Source: a virus. Taken from it: a stretch of DNA of 40,433 bases. This document shows, in pieces, positions 22,485 to 30,360 of the stretch. The notes under the pieces were generated by a model. That model worked only from the letters and a program-made list of their open reading frames with translations, made no database searches and had not been told where the DNA came from. Where the stretch lies: the IMG/VR virus record IMGVR_UViG_3300030361_000020, one strand, 5' to 3'. Position numbers and translations under genes: made by a program. How positions within the stretch are numbered: the stretch's first letter is position 1; every line of letters begins with the position of its first letter.

Positions 22485-24043
22485 TTAATCACGAGATAGC
22501 AAAGAGCTATCTAGGTAGAATTGATGAGCTGACGTTTGATGAGTTAGCTGACGCCATGACATACAAATGGTTTCGGATGAATACGCTTTATCACATCAAA
22601 GATAAGAACGGTAAAAAGGTTCTGTTTAAAGCTAACGCTGAACAGGAGAGCTTTTATATAAATCAGCATTGCCGAGATATTATCCTAAAAGCACGTCAGC
22701 TAGGCTTTACCACGTGGAAGATGATAAGCGATCTTGATGACTGTCTATTTACTCCAGACTTCGCCGCTGGCTGTATATGTCACAACCTTGAAGACGCGAA
22801 GGACATATTCAGGAATAAGATTAAGTTTGCTTACCAGAACATAACGCAAGAGCAGCGAGAGCTAATTGCTGAGCTTGGCTATGATCTGCCAGTGCCAATC
22901 AATGACAAAGATAACGGCTACGTATTCAATAACGGCTCATCAATAAAAGTGTCCGTTTCGTATCGTGGCGGCACTCTTCAATCTCTTCATGTATCCGAAT
23001 TCGGTAAGATATGTAAAAAGTACCCAGAAAAGGCGAAAGAGATTGTTACTGGTGCGTTTGAGTCAGTAGCCGCTGGCAATACTATAACCATCGAATCAAC
23101 TGCTGAGGGTCGCGAGGGTTACTTTTATGAATACTGCAAGGAAGCAGAGCGCAGGCAAAAACTTGGTGACTCTCTTTCTGTTCTTGATTTTAATTTCCAT
23201 TTCTTCCCCTGGTATCTGAATGGCGATTATGCGATTGAGCCGAACAGGTCTATTAGTGATGAGCTTACAGCTTACTTTGATGGACTTGAATCTAGGCTTG
23301 GTATTGAGATAAGCGAGAAGCAAAGGGCTTGGTACGCTGCCAAGGAATCAGATCTGGGTGAGGATATGAAGCGCGAGTATCCATCAACACCGAAAGAGGC
23401 GTTTGAGCAATCGCTCGAAGGCGCTTATTATGCTCGACAATTCACTAAGATTTACAAAGAGGGTCGGATTTGTGAAGGGTTCAATAATAAAGAGAAAGTA
23501 AATACGGCTTGGGACTTGGGTGTTGGTGACTCAACTGCAATATGGTTCTATCAAAAGATTAACAATGAAATCCATCTTATCGACTATTACGAGAATTCTG
23601 GTGAGGGCTTAGATCATTACTTTGGAGTGTTAAAGAAAAAGGGCTACGACTACGGTCGCCATTATGGGCCTCACGATATAGACAACCGAAGTTTTGAGAA
23701 TGGCGGGAGAACAAGAAAGCAGATAGCCGCTGATGGCTTCGATATTGACGGGCATAGATACAAGGTTAAGTTTCAGACAGTTCCTAGACTTTCTATTGAT
23801 GACGGAATACAGCACGTCAGGAAGATATTGGACAGGTGCGTATTCGATAAGGATAAATGCGAACATGGCGTTAAGTGCTTAGAGTCATACCGTAAAGAGT
23901 GGAATGATAAATTAGGATGCTATCGTGACAGACCACTTCACGACTGGGCCTCCCATGGAGCTGACGCTTTCAGATACATGGCGATAATGGAAAACAAACC
24001 AGAAGTTAGCAAAAATCCGATTAAATTCGGCGGCTACCAATAA
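22481..24043 (+). CDS. terL: Terminase large subunit
   Basis: ATGA overlap with terS. It has the deviant Walker A ILKARQLGFTTW, the ATPase motif IESTAEGREGYFY, and the nuclease motifs WDLGVGDSTAIWFYQ and ASHGADAFRY. Confidence 0.9.
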   Translation: MINHEIAKSYLGRIDELTFDELADAMTYKWFRMNTLYHIKDKNGKKVLFKANAEQESFYINQHCRDIILKARQLGFTTWKMISDLDDCLFTPDFAAGCICHNLEDAKDIFRNKIKFAYQNITQEQRELIAELGYDLPVPINDKDNGYVFNNGSSIKVSVSYRGGTLQSLHVSEFGKICKKYPEKAKEIVTGAFESVAAGNTITIESTAEGREGYFYEYCKEAERRQKLGDSLSVLDFNFHFFPWYLNGDYAIEPNRSISDELTAYFDGLESRLGIEISEKQRAWYAAKESDLGEDMKREYPSTPKEAFEQSLEGAYYARQFTKIYKEGRICEGFNNKEKVNTAWDLGVGDSTAIWFYQKINNEIHLIDYYENSGEGLDHYFGVLKKKGYDYGRHYGPHDIDNRSFENGGRTRKQIAADGFDIDGHRYKVKFQTVPRLSIDDGIQHVRKILDRCVFDKDKCEHGVKCLESYRKEWNDKLGCYRDRPLHDWASHGADAFRYMAIMENKPEVSKNPIKFGGYQ

Positions 24044-24046
24044 GAA

Positions 24047-24072
24047 AACCCCTCAAGCGAGGGGTTGGTTTT
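24047..24072. terminator. Bidirectional intrinsic terminator between terL and the convergent minus operon
   Basis: AACCCCTC-aagc-GAGGGGTT, followed by GGTTTTAT on + and TTTTCTTA on -. Confidence 0.75.
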
Positions 24073-24250
24073 ATATGTTTCTTCCAATTTCACGACATTT
24101 ATCATAAAAACAATTATGCCATATTACGCAATTCTTTTTGTGGTGACGGTAAGGGTTGTCTTTAATTCTGTGTTTATATACGCTAATATTCATTCCTATC
24201 ACAACCTTCTTTATTGCCATTTCTTCTGCAAGCTTTTTAATTTTATCCAC
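24071..24250 (-). CDS. Small Cys/His-rich protein; 59 aa, not in track
   Basis: GTG 24250 lies 5 nt after AGGGTG and 2 nt after the upstream stop. The product is (M)DKIKKLAEEMAIKKVVIGMNISVYKHRIKDNPYRHHKKNCVIWHNCFYDKCREIGRNI. It replaces the antisense track ORF 24065..24475. Confidence 0.45.
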   Translation of the reverse strand: MDKIKKLAEEMAIKKVVIGMNISVYKHRIKDNPYRHHKKNCVIWHNCFYDKCREIGRNI

Positions 24251-24252
24251 AA

Positions 24253-24501
24253 TTACACCCTCGCCGACAATTTTCCATTTAACCTTTCCTTAAGCGTCAG
24301 TTTTCTCTCTGCTAACGCCTCTTTGTTTTCGATTGGAACAATTCTTAACGCACACGTATCAAATTTGGATTGGCGCTCATTCATCAATACTAGCCCTTCC
24401 TTTAGTGCATCATCTTCATTTCTAGCATCAAGCTCATACACATCAAATCCATTGCTTGAAACGTGCCAACCGTGAATAACAGCTATAAATCTCACAATCA
24501 C
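24253..24501 (-). CDS. Hypothetical protein
   Basis: 82-aa ORF with a GTG start overlapping the upstream stop. GTG 24495 has better spacing to GGAGG and is an alternative start. Confidence 0.6.
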   Translation of the reverse strand: MIVRFIAVIHGWHVSSNGFDVYELDARNEDDALKEGLVLMNERQSKFDTCALRIVPIENKEALAERKLTLKERLNGKLSARV

Positions 24502-25160
24502 ACCTCCAGCTCAACTTCAACGCATTTCCATTCGCTAGGCTTCAATATCGACGCGATCAACTCATCCCTTGATGCATAGTGCTGAGTGGTTAGACTGTTT
24601 CCATTTGCGCCAATCCAGCGCTTTTCCTTGCGTGGCTTGATGCGAGTTTGGGTGTTCTCATCCATGTACCACCAGCTATTATGCCATGTCACATCGTCAC
24701 CATAGTAAGGGACGCATTCCGCCCACGAATCATCTCCTTTGTATTGCACTTCTCCACCGTTTAATGCGTGCAGCACTACTTCTTTGTGCTTTGGTAGGCA
24801 AATGAAGTATTCATTCATGTACCAATCAGGAAACCCATTTACTTTAATCCACTTGTCGTCATACTTAGCAAAAACAACCAAGCCCATATCGTCAACCTTG
24901 GCCTTAATCATTTCAGCGTGCGGGTGTTTGTTTGTCATTGCTGTTTCCTTTAGGCTTACTAGTTCGTTGATTCTGCTTTCTGGCATTAACCCCCGCCTTT
25001 CCCATACATCATGTTTGTCATTGCACAAAAGTGAAAGCCAATCTCCATCTTCTTTTTTATACCAACTTGCGTAATGCTGTTCCGTCTCTGGCCCAAAAAA
25101 CTGCGCATCTTTTGGTTGAGGTGATAGTGATTGCTCTGGTTTAGTTATGTGGTTAGTCAT
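24498..25160 (-). CDS. Trp-rich hypothetical protein
   Basis: 220 aa. GGAG lies 7 nt upstream of ATG 25160. The product has many W/Y/H residues. Confidence 0.7.
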   Translation of the reverse strand: MTNHITKPEQSLSPQPKDAQFFGPETEQHYASWYKKEDGDWLSLLCNDKHDVWERRGLMPESRINELVSLKETAMTNKHPHAEMIKAKVDDMGLVVFAKYDDKWIKVNGFPDWYMNEYFICLPKHKEVVLHALNGGEVQYKGDDSWAECVPYYGDDVTWHNSWWYMDENTQTRIKPRKEKRWIGANGNSLTTQHYASRDELIASILKPSEWKCVEVELEV

Positions 25161-25161
25161 T

Positions 25162-25560
25162 TTATTTCTCCAATAGCTCTGGGTTTTGGTGAATATTGCC
25201 GATTACTTCTATCATGTACAGCTCATGCAAATTGGGCTTTCTGCCAAAATACTGCTTAACTCCTGCTGCAACAAATGAGCAATAAGTAGTAGAGAATTTA
25301 ACCTCACCAATGCATCGAGTCATAGCTGCGCCACTTCTAACCCTACACTTAACAACATCCCCCTCATAAATCTCAGCGCCGTTTTTGTCTTTTAATCCGG
25401 TGTATTGCATTAACTTAGCATCTTCGATACTTGTCGATACGTCTGTACCATTCTCGAAATATACTTCGTCATGCATCCAGTCGATGGTGCACACGTTGTC
25501 AATCTCAATACCGTTACGAAATGCAGTATTGATACCACGAAGCTTAATTTCTCTACTCAT
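25162..25560 (-). CDS. YopX-family protein
   Basis: ATG 25560 follows GGAGAG. LMQYTGLKDKNGAEIYEGDVV and the C-terminal IEVIGNIHQNPELLE are hallmark YopX motifs. Confidence 0.75.
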   Translation of the reverse strand: MSREIKLRGINTAFRNGIEIDNVCTIDWMHDEVYFENGTDVSTSIEDAKLMQYTGLKDKNGAEIYEGDVVKCRVRSGAAMTRCIGEVKFSTTYCSFVAAGVKQYFGRKPNLHELYMIEVIGNIHQNPELLEK

Positions 25561-25612
25561 TTCACTCTCCATTATCAATTTTATTGTGTGTATTTAGTGT
25601 TAGCTTGCGATT

Positions 25613-25641
25613 AATATAAACTTGACATTGGTTAATTGCAA
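25613..25641 (-). promoter_or_regulatory. Candidate leftward promoter of island 1
   Basis: On the minus strand, TTGCAA-N17-TATATT. It overlaps the rightward promoter. Confidence 0.5.
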
Positions 25642-25650
25642 GTCAATAAT
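25622..25650 (+). promoter_or_regulatory. Candidate rightward promoter of island 1
   Basis: TTGACA-N17-AATAAT. TTGAC (25622-25626) and GTCAA (25642-25646) form 5-bp inverted arms across the spacer. Confidence 0.55.
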
Positions 25651-25682
25651 GGAATTAATTTAAACAAAGAGGAAAAGCAATA

Positions 25683-25898
25683 ATGCAGATAAACTTTAAG
25701 TCTATTGAGGTTTGTACACTAAAGGATGCGTATGAGCTTCGAGGTGGTAACAAGACGGCTCTTGCTAATGAGCTTGGATTGACGCGCAATACACTTCGGT
25801 CTCATTTGGACTGTGGTGGTCATCAATTGCTATCTGTCGAGTACGCGCTTGACGGAAGTTTTAGCTTTAAGTACATCAACAAAGGGTGGGTGAAGTAA
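25683..25898 (+). CDS. Cro-like small HTH regulator
   Basis: 71 aa. GNKTALANELGLTRNTLRSHL fits an HTH. AGAGGAAAA lies upstream. First gene after the divergent promoters. Confidence 0.6.
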   Translation: MQINFKSIEVCTLKDAYELRGGNKTALANELGLTRNTLRSHLDCGGHQLLSVEYALDGSFSFKYINKGWVK

Positions 25899-25978
25899 TG
25901 GACAAACTAATCGCAACCGCGCTCGGACTAACAATGTTCGTTACTGTTATAGCTGGTGTTTATATGGGAGGGTTTTGA
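25898..25978 (+). CDS. 26-aa hydrophobic micro-protein (single TM); not in track
   Basis: TAATG overlap upstream, and TGAATG abuts the next gene. The product is MDKLIATALGLTMFVTVIAGVYMGGF. Confidence 0.45.
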   Translation: MDKLIATALGLTMFVTVIAGVYMGGF

Positions 25979-26191
25979 ATGAGCAAGCGAATGAGCAACA
26001 AGAAGGTTAAGCAGATGATTTGTGACCAGCTGGTTGATCTTGATAACTCGATTCTAATAAAAGCTTGGTTTGAGAATGGGAAGTTAAGGGGAGTTTTTGG
26101 TTTTCCTTGGGGAAGAAGTACCGCGTTCGTCAAGCATGGAAGAGTCTCACCACTAACCGCCAATCAACTAAAAGGAATTAGCAATGGATGA
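25979..26191 (+). CDS. Hypothetical basic protein
   Basis: 70-aa ORF tightly coupled on both sides. Confidence 0.6.
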   Translation: MSKRMSNKKVKQMICDQLVDLDNSILIKAWFENGKLRGVFGFPWGRSTAFVKHGRVSPLTANQLKGISNG

Positions 26192-26510
26192 TTCGAAGAT
26201 TTATTTAAGCCTCGCGGTTAACGAAGATGGCCAGTTGGTTCCATGTGACCAGTATGGGCGTGAAGTGTACGGCATTATGAGCATGAGCTATACGTCGGAG
26301 CTGGATAGTATTTCAGACTTGTCGATTAAAGCCATATTGCATGACTTCGGCACTGATGAGGTTGTTGGTGGTAGATATATACGAACTGGCACTATCGAAA
26401 CAATGCAGCAACGCGCTCTAACTGAAAGCGAAGTGCTTTCGATGAATAATCATCTAATAGAGCGATTTGATAGAAACCTGGCAGATATGAAGAGAAAGGC
26501 GGCGTTATGA
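26184..26510 (+). CDS. Hypothetical protein
   Basis: 108-aa ORF overlapping the previous gene by 8 nt. Confidence 0.65.
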   Translation: MDDSKIYLSLAVNEDGQLVPCDQYGREVYGIMSMSYTSELDSISDLSIKAILHDFGTDEVVGGRYIRTGTIETMQQRALTESEVLSMNNHLIERFDRNLADMKRKAAL

Positions 26511-26674
26511 TAATTCAAAATGAAAAGGTAGGGGGTATTTGCTTAATCTCTGCGGTTGGGCGTAACTACCAGGCCACCTTACAGTCTGTTGGTGATGCAG
26601 AGCGCATCGTAATCAACGGCAAAGTAAAATCAAGGCGCGTATTGCGTGAGATATTGAAGGAGATGAGAGGTTAG
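26507..26674 (+). CDS. Hypothetical protein; 55 aa, not in track
   Basis: ATGA overlap with the previous gene. The stop lies 1 nt before the next ATG. Confidence 0.5.
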   Translation: MIIQNEKVGGICLISAVGRNYQATLQSVGDAERIVINGKVKSRRVLREILKEMRG

Positions 26675-26675
26675 C

Positions 26676-26903
26676 ATGGACGCATTATTACTTACCCTAC
26701 TTAACTTATGGTTAATTTGCATTTCTGTAATTATTTACCTTGTGGTTGATTACGTAATCGAAATGGCGGGGTTTATTATCAAAAAGCGCAGCGCTCCAGA
26801 CTGCTGCATGTGTGGAGCTAGCGATCCCACTCAATGCTCGAATCACCAATACCTATCTCAGCTAGATTGGTTTGAGAGTAATTTTCGCCCATTAATAAAG
26901 TAA
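26676..26903 (+). CDS. Membrane protein with a Cys-rich C-terminal segment
   Basis: N-terminal TM segment LLTLLNLWLICISVIIYLVV, then CCMCGASDPTQC. Confidence 0.6.
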   Translation: MDALLLTLLNLWLICISVIIYLVVDYVIEMAGFIIKKRSAPDCCMCGASDPTQCSNHQYLSQLDWFESNFRPLIK

Positions 26904-26911
26904 TCAAACCA

Positions 26912-26938
26912 AACCCTGCCTGATATAATGGCGGGGTT
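26912..26938 (+). terminator. Intrinsic terminator closing island 1, with an extended -10 box in its loop
   Basis: AACCCTGCC-tgatataat-GGCGGGGTT, then TATTCTATTT. The loop reads TGaTATAAT (26921-26929), 27 nt upstream of ATG 26956. Confidence 0.6.
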
Positions 26939-26955
26939 TATTCTATTTGGTGGTA

Positions 26956-28104
26956 ATGATGACCGATTACACACAAAAGCAACAAAGGCGAGCAGTTACG
27001 ATTCAGCAGCTTGCTAACAGCATTATTCAAGAGCAAGTCGATAAGATAATGATTGGTGGCGTAATGTCCGCTATTAACTCTTATCTAAATGAAAAAGGAA
27101 TGTCAGAAACTCGCTTTCAATTGAATCAACTCAAGAAGGCGATCGACCAGATTATCACAGAGCAAATGCTTGGTGGGTTTGGTGAAGTCACCGACATTAT
27201 GGAAGAGTTCGCAGTTAAGGAGTCGACGTTTGCTTATTCAGCTTTGGCGGCATCAGGTGCGCCACTTGTAGATGAGTTAAGAAAACCAGCGCGTGATATG
27301 GTTATTGATTACATCGCTCAGTCAGTAATGGATGTTCCTTCAGGTGATAAAGTTCAAGCTGGTTTGTGGCAGGACTATGTCAATAATTACACAGACTCGC
27401 AATCAAAGAGCATTAACCAGCTAGTGCAAAATGAATGGTATCGAGGCTTTCAAGAGGGAAAGATTCCGAGTAAAAGCCAACTGACAAAGCGCGTTAAATC
27501 ATACCTGCAAAATACATCAAAAAACCAGGCAGAGGCCTTGGTTATTACCGGGCTGTCTCACTACTCGCAAAAAGCAAGTGAGGCGTTCAGGGATGATAAC
27601 CTTGATGTGATTGATAGAGAGTACCCGATAATCACGTTTGACACTGGAACGACGGTTACATGCCTTTCTATTGGTTCGAAATATGGAATTAAAGGCTGGT
27701 CTGTAGGTAAGTCACCGATTGGATACCCGCCATATCATTACCGCTGCAGAACGCGCATTGGCTACATGACCAAGGGGCAAAAAGAGCCGTTCGGTGAAAT
27801 GAATGTTCTATCGGGAAAGAAAGGAGAAGATGCAAAAGAGGAATTCACAGAGCGCGATAAAAACAGGCGCACAGCTTACCGAGTTAAATACCGTGGCCGT
27901 CGTGACTTGTCGTTATTCAACCCAGAGCAACTAGACGCAGCTACGCCTATTGCAAAGATACTGCTAGACCAGCCAGACTGGTTTATTAAGCAATCTCTAG
28001 GCAAAAAAGTAGGACAGGCATTTATTGATGGTAAAGTTGACCTTACCAACCTAACCGACAGAAACCTCATGCCAAAGACGATTGATGAAATTGGCATTGA
28101 ATAG
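26956..28104 (+). CDS. Head morphogenesis protein (SPP1 gp7 / Mu F-like)
   Basis: ATG 26956 (track start 26947 is TTG). GYPPYHYRCRTRIGY matches the PPxHxxCRC signature of the Mu F family. Confidence 0.7.
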   Translation: MMTDYTQKQQRRAVTIQQLANSIIQEQVDKIMIGGVMSAINSYLNEKGMSETRFQLNQLKKAIDQIITEQMLGGFGEVTDIMEEFAVKESTFAYSALAASGAPLVDELRKPARDMVIDYIAQSVMDVPSGDKVQAGLWQDYVNNYTDSQSKSINQLVQNEWYRGFQEGKIPSKSQLTKRVKSYLQNTSKNQAEALVITGLSHYSQKASEAFRDDNLDVIDREYPIITFDTGTTVTCLSIGSKYGIKGWSVGKSPIGYPPYHYRCRTRIGYMTKGQKEPFGEMNVLSGKKGEDAKEEFTERDKNRRTAYRVKYRGRRDLSLFNPEQLDAATPIAKILLDQPDWFIKQSLGKKVGQAFIDGKVDLTNLTDRNLMPKTIDEIGIE

Positions 28105-28131
28105 TTACAACTAACTGAAAGGAAAACCAAG

Positions 28132-28512
28132 ATGAACGATAAATCTATCGAGAAAGAAATTAAAGAAAAGAAACTAACCGCGCCGAGAATTACGCCAGAA
28201 CACATTGAATCAGTGATTTTCTCAGAGCACTACTTTACAGCAAGGGAGGGAGGCTTAGGCGCTTACAAGATGAACGGCGACGTATACGTGGGAGACATGC
28301 CGACCAAATTTAGCGATACTGCGCTATCGTGCCTAACATTTTGCGTTTTAGTTCTTCGCAATGGGTTCACGGTTGTCGGTGAATCCGCTTGCGCTTCGCC
28401 GGAGAACTTCGATCCCGAACTTGGGCGCAAAATTGCGCGAGATAACGCAAAAAATAAAATCTGGATGCTTGAAGGGTATAGCCTTAAACAGAAGCTTCAT
28501 GATGAAAAGTGA
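28132..28512 (+). CDS. N4 Gp49 / Sf6 gp66-family protein
   Basis: ITPEHIESVI...CLTFCVLVLRNGFTVVGESACASPENFDPELGRKIARDNAKNKIWMLEGYSLKQKL matches the Phage_gp49_66 pattern. Confidence 0.65.
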   Translation: MNDKSIEKEIKEKKLTAPRITPEHIESVIFSEHYFTAREGGLGAYKMNGDVYVGDMPTKFSDTALSCLTFCVLVLRNGFTVVGESACASPENFDPELGRKIARDNAKNKIWMLEGYSLKQKLHDEK

Positions 28513-28589
28513 AATAGCAAGCAAACTAAAAGGAGAGCCCTGACGGAATGATAACCTTCGTTCCCGTTGGATTCAGAGAATAAAACAAA

Positions 28590-28612
28590 GCCTCACATAG
28601 TGGGGCATTTTT
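28590..28612 (+). terminator. Intrinsic terminator
   Basis: GCCTCA-catag-TGGGGC (one G-U pair), then ATTTTTAT. Confidence 0.6.
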
Positions 28613-28683
28613 ATGCTTTGATATTTACAATGCAATGATAATGCGCTATTGTCTTATTGTTCATTTAAAACAAAGAGGTGAAA

Positions 28684-28929
28684 ATGGAAGAGGTTAAATC
28701 ACAACAAGAGGCTGAGTTCTTCAAAAACTCGGACAAGAAGAAGTACATTATTGAGCGAAATGACGAGACTGGGCAGTATAAGATTAAATACACACTAGTC
28801 GGCATGGTTCCGATAACGCTATTCACAGCTCGCGGACAAGCTCGGTGGTTCAAGAGTTTGGATAAGCTAATTACAATGATGATACTTAAAGGCGTCGAAG
28901 ATTTCGACATTAAACTAAACATCAAATAG
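28684..28929 (+). CDS. Hypothetical protein
   Basis: ATG 28684 follows AGAGGTG. A possible TTTACA-N17-TATTGT promoter lies at 28624-28652. Confidence 0.6.
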   Translation: MEEVKSQQEAEFFKNSDKKKYIIERNDETGQYKIKYTLVGMVPITLFTARGQARWFKSLDKLITMMILKGVEDFDIKLNIK

Positions 28930-28946
28930 CAAGTTGGAGCAACAAG

Positions 28947-29636
28947 ATGACTAAAGAAACAGGATACACAACAAAGCCGATTGAGCTGCCGTTATCGACT
29001 GAGAAAGAGTATGTGCTGGTTGATGTTAGTGGCTACACTCATGCATCAATTGTGAATCATAAGTTAATAAATAGATTTTCCCTTAAGAATCCATTTGAAC
29101 TTGATTACGTTGTTAATGGTGGCGATGGAATGATTGAAGGAGAATGGGTTATTACTAAGGAGGGTGAGCTTGAGTTCTTCCACGAAGTAATCCGCAACGT
29201 CCATCTAAAAACCGAAACGCCAGAAGAGAAAGAGGTGTTTTATGGCATGGAGAACAATTCGGAATCGCCTAATGGTTCGTGGTGGGATGGAGAAGGATTA
29301 CCTCCTGTTGGTGCTGAGTGTGAGTTTCAGTACCCAGAAGGAAGATGGAACGCTGGCTACTACCACGGTAAAACAAAATCAGGAAAATTAAATCTTTATA
29401 TAATTGAGTATAAAGATGGAGAAGTCGTTACCCTTGGTGGGCTAACAAAATTCCGACCAATTGAAACGCCAGAGCAAAAGGAAGAGCGTGAGCGCTTAGA
29501 GGCTGGAAAAGAGCTTTATGAGTTGTATATGTCGAATTGGGATACGGCTTATATTTCGTGGGATGGTCTTGATAATAAAAACAAGAGTGCATTTTTGTCT
29601 ATTGTAGAAAAGACAGGCTACCGCAAAAATGCCTAA
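28947..29636 (+). CDS. Hypothetical protein
   Basis: 229-aa ORF with TTGGAGCAA upstream. The C-terminal tail ...IVEKTGYRK resembles a recurrent phage C-terminal module. Confidence 0.7.
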   Translation: MTKETGYTTKPIELPLSTEKEYVLVDVSGYTHASIVNHKLINRFSLKNPFELDYVVNGGDGMIEGEWVITKEGELEFFHEVIRNVHLKTETPEEKEVFYGMENNSESPNGSWWDGEGLPPVGAECEFQYPEGRWNAGYYHGKTKSGKLNLYIIEYKDGEVVTLGGLTKFRPIETPEQKEERERLEAGKELYELYMSNWDTAYISWDGLDNKNKSAFLSIVEKTGYRKNA

Positions 29637-29838
29637 GCCAGAAATGACCAACGCAAGGATGTGTGAGATTGCATCCTTGCGGGTCAGAAATCAACATCTC
29701 GAACAGTTAGTTAAAGACAAAGATAAGCTACTTCGACGCGCTTATAGAGAGCTAGAAACTCTATCGACTCAATATGGCGACAATAGTAGCAAAGGTTTAA
29801 TAGAAAGAATAAAGCAAGAGGTTGGTGATAATGTCTAA
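29629..29838 (+). CDS. Hypothetical coiled-coil protein
   Basis: 69-aa ORF overlapping both neighbours. Confidence 0.55.
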   Translation: MPKPEMTNARMCEIASLRVRNQHLEQLVKDKDKLLRRAYRELETLSTQYGDNSSKGLIERIKQEVGDNV

Positions 29839-30352
29839 TGACCTATGGAGAACCCCTACAGAAGTGTTTAACATGCTTAATCGTGAGTTTAATTTTATTG
29901 CTGATATGGCAAGCTCTCACGAAAATGCACTTTGTGCACTGCATTACACGGAAGAGGATAATAGCCTTGGCTTTGATTGGTCTAAGTGTCCAGCACTACA
30001 ATCAAACAAGCTGGCGTACGTTTGGGTAAATCCGCCATACTCCAATCCAAAACCGTGGGTTATTCAGGCTACTACTGCGCAGCGGGCTGGGCTTGGCGTT
30101 GTTATGCTGCTTAACTCTGATCACAGCGTTGGCTGGTTTAAAGAGGCACTTCCTTATGTTAGCGAGATAAGAAACATAGTAACCGACGGCACTAAGATTC
30201 AAGGATCTACGACTGGCCGAATTGGTTTTCTTGATGAGAATGGAGAGCCTCAAAATGCAAACTCTAAACCGCAAACAATCCTAGTCTTCAGTCCGTTTAA
30301 GATTGGAACGCAGCAAACAACTTACATTCCAAAGTCATACTTTTATAAATAG
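29831..30352 (+). CDS. DNA N6-adenine methyltransferase (phage Dam family)
   Basis: ATG 29831. DLWRTPTEVFNMLNREFNFIADMAS ... YVWVNPPYS carries the NPPY catalytic motif, and the layout is that of the phage Dam family. Confidence 0.8.
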   Translation: MSNDLWRTPTEVFNMLNREFNFIADMASSHENALCALHYTEEDNSLGFDWSKCPALQSNKLAYVWVNPPYSNPKPWVIQATTAQRAGLGVVMLLNSDHSVGWFKEALPYVSEIRNIVTDGTKIQGSTTGRIGFLDENGEPQNANSKPQTILVFSPFKIGTQQTTYIPKSYFYK

Positions 30353-30360
30353 GTAGAAAA

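Noticed and set aside
24243-24251. Perfect DnaA-box consensus TTATCCACA
   Set aside because: It is a single copy. A given 9-mer is expected about 0.3 times by chance in 2 x 40 kb. It sits in an accessory operon far from the replication genes.
24065-24475. 136-aa + strand ORF after terL
   Set aside because: It starts inside the bidirectional terminator and runs antisense to the minus operon. Its composition is odd (Phe/Ser/Asn-rich). The minus-strand 59-aa and 82-aa genes, which have SDs and coupled stops, explain the region better.
28132-28512. Possibility that the Gp49-named protein is a HigB-type toxin
   Set aside because: The sequence pattern matches the N4 Gp49 / Sf6 gp66 family, not the unrelated Gp49-like HigB toxin family. 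No adjacent small antitoxin-like HTH gene is present.
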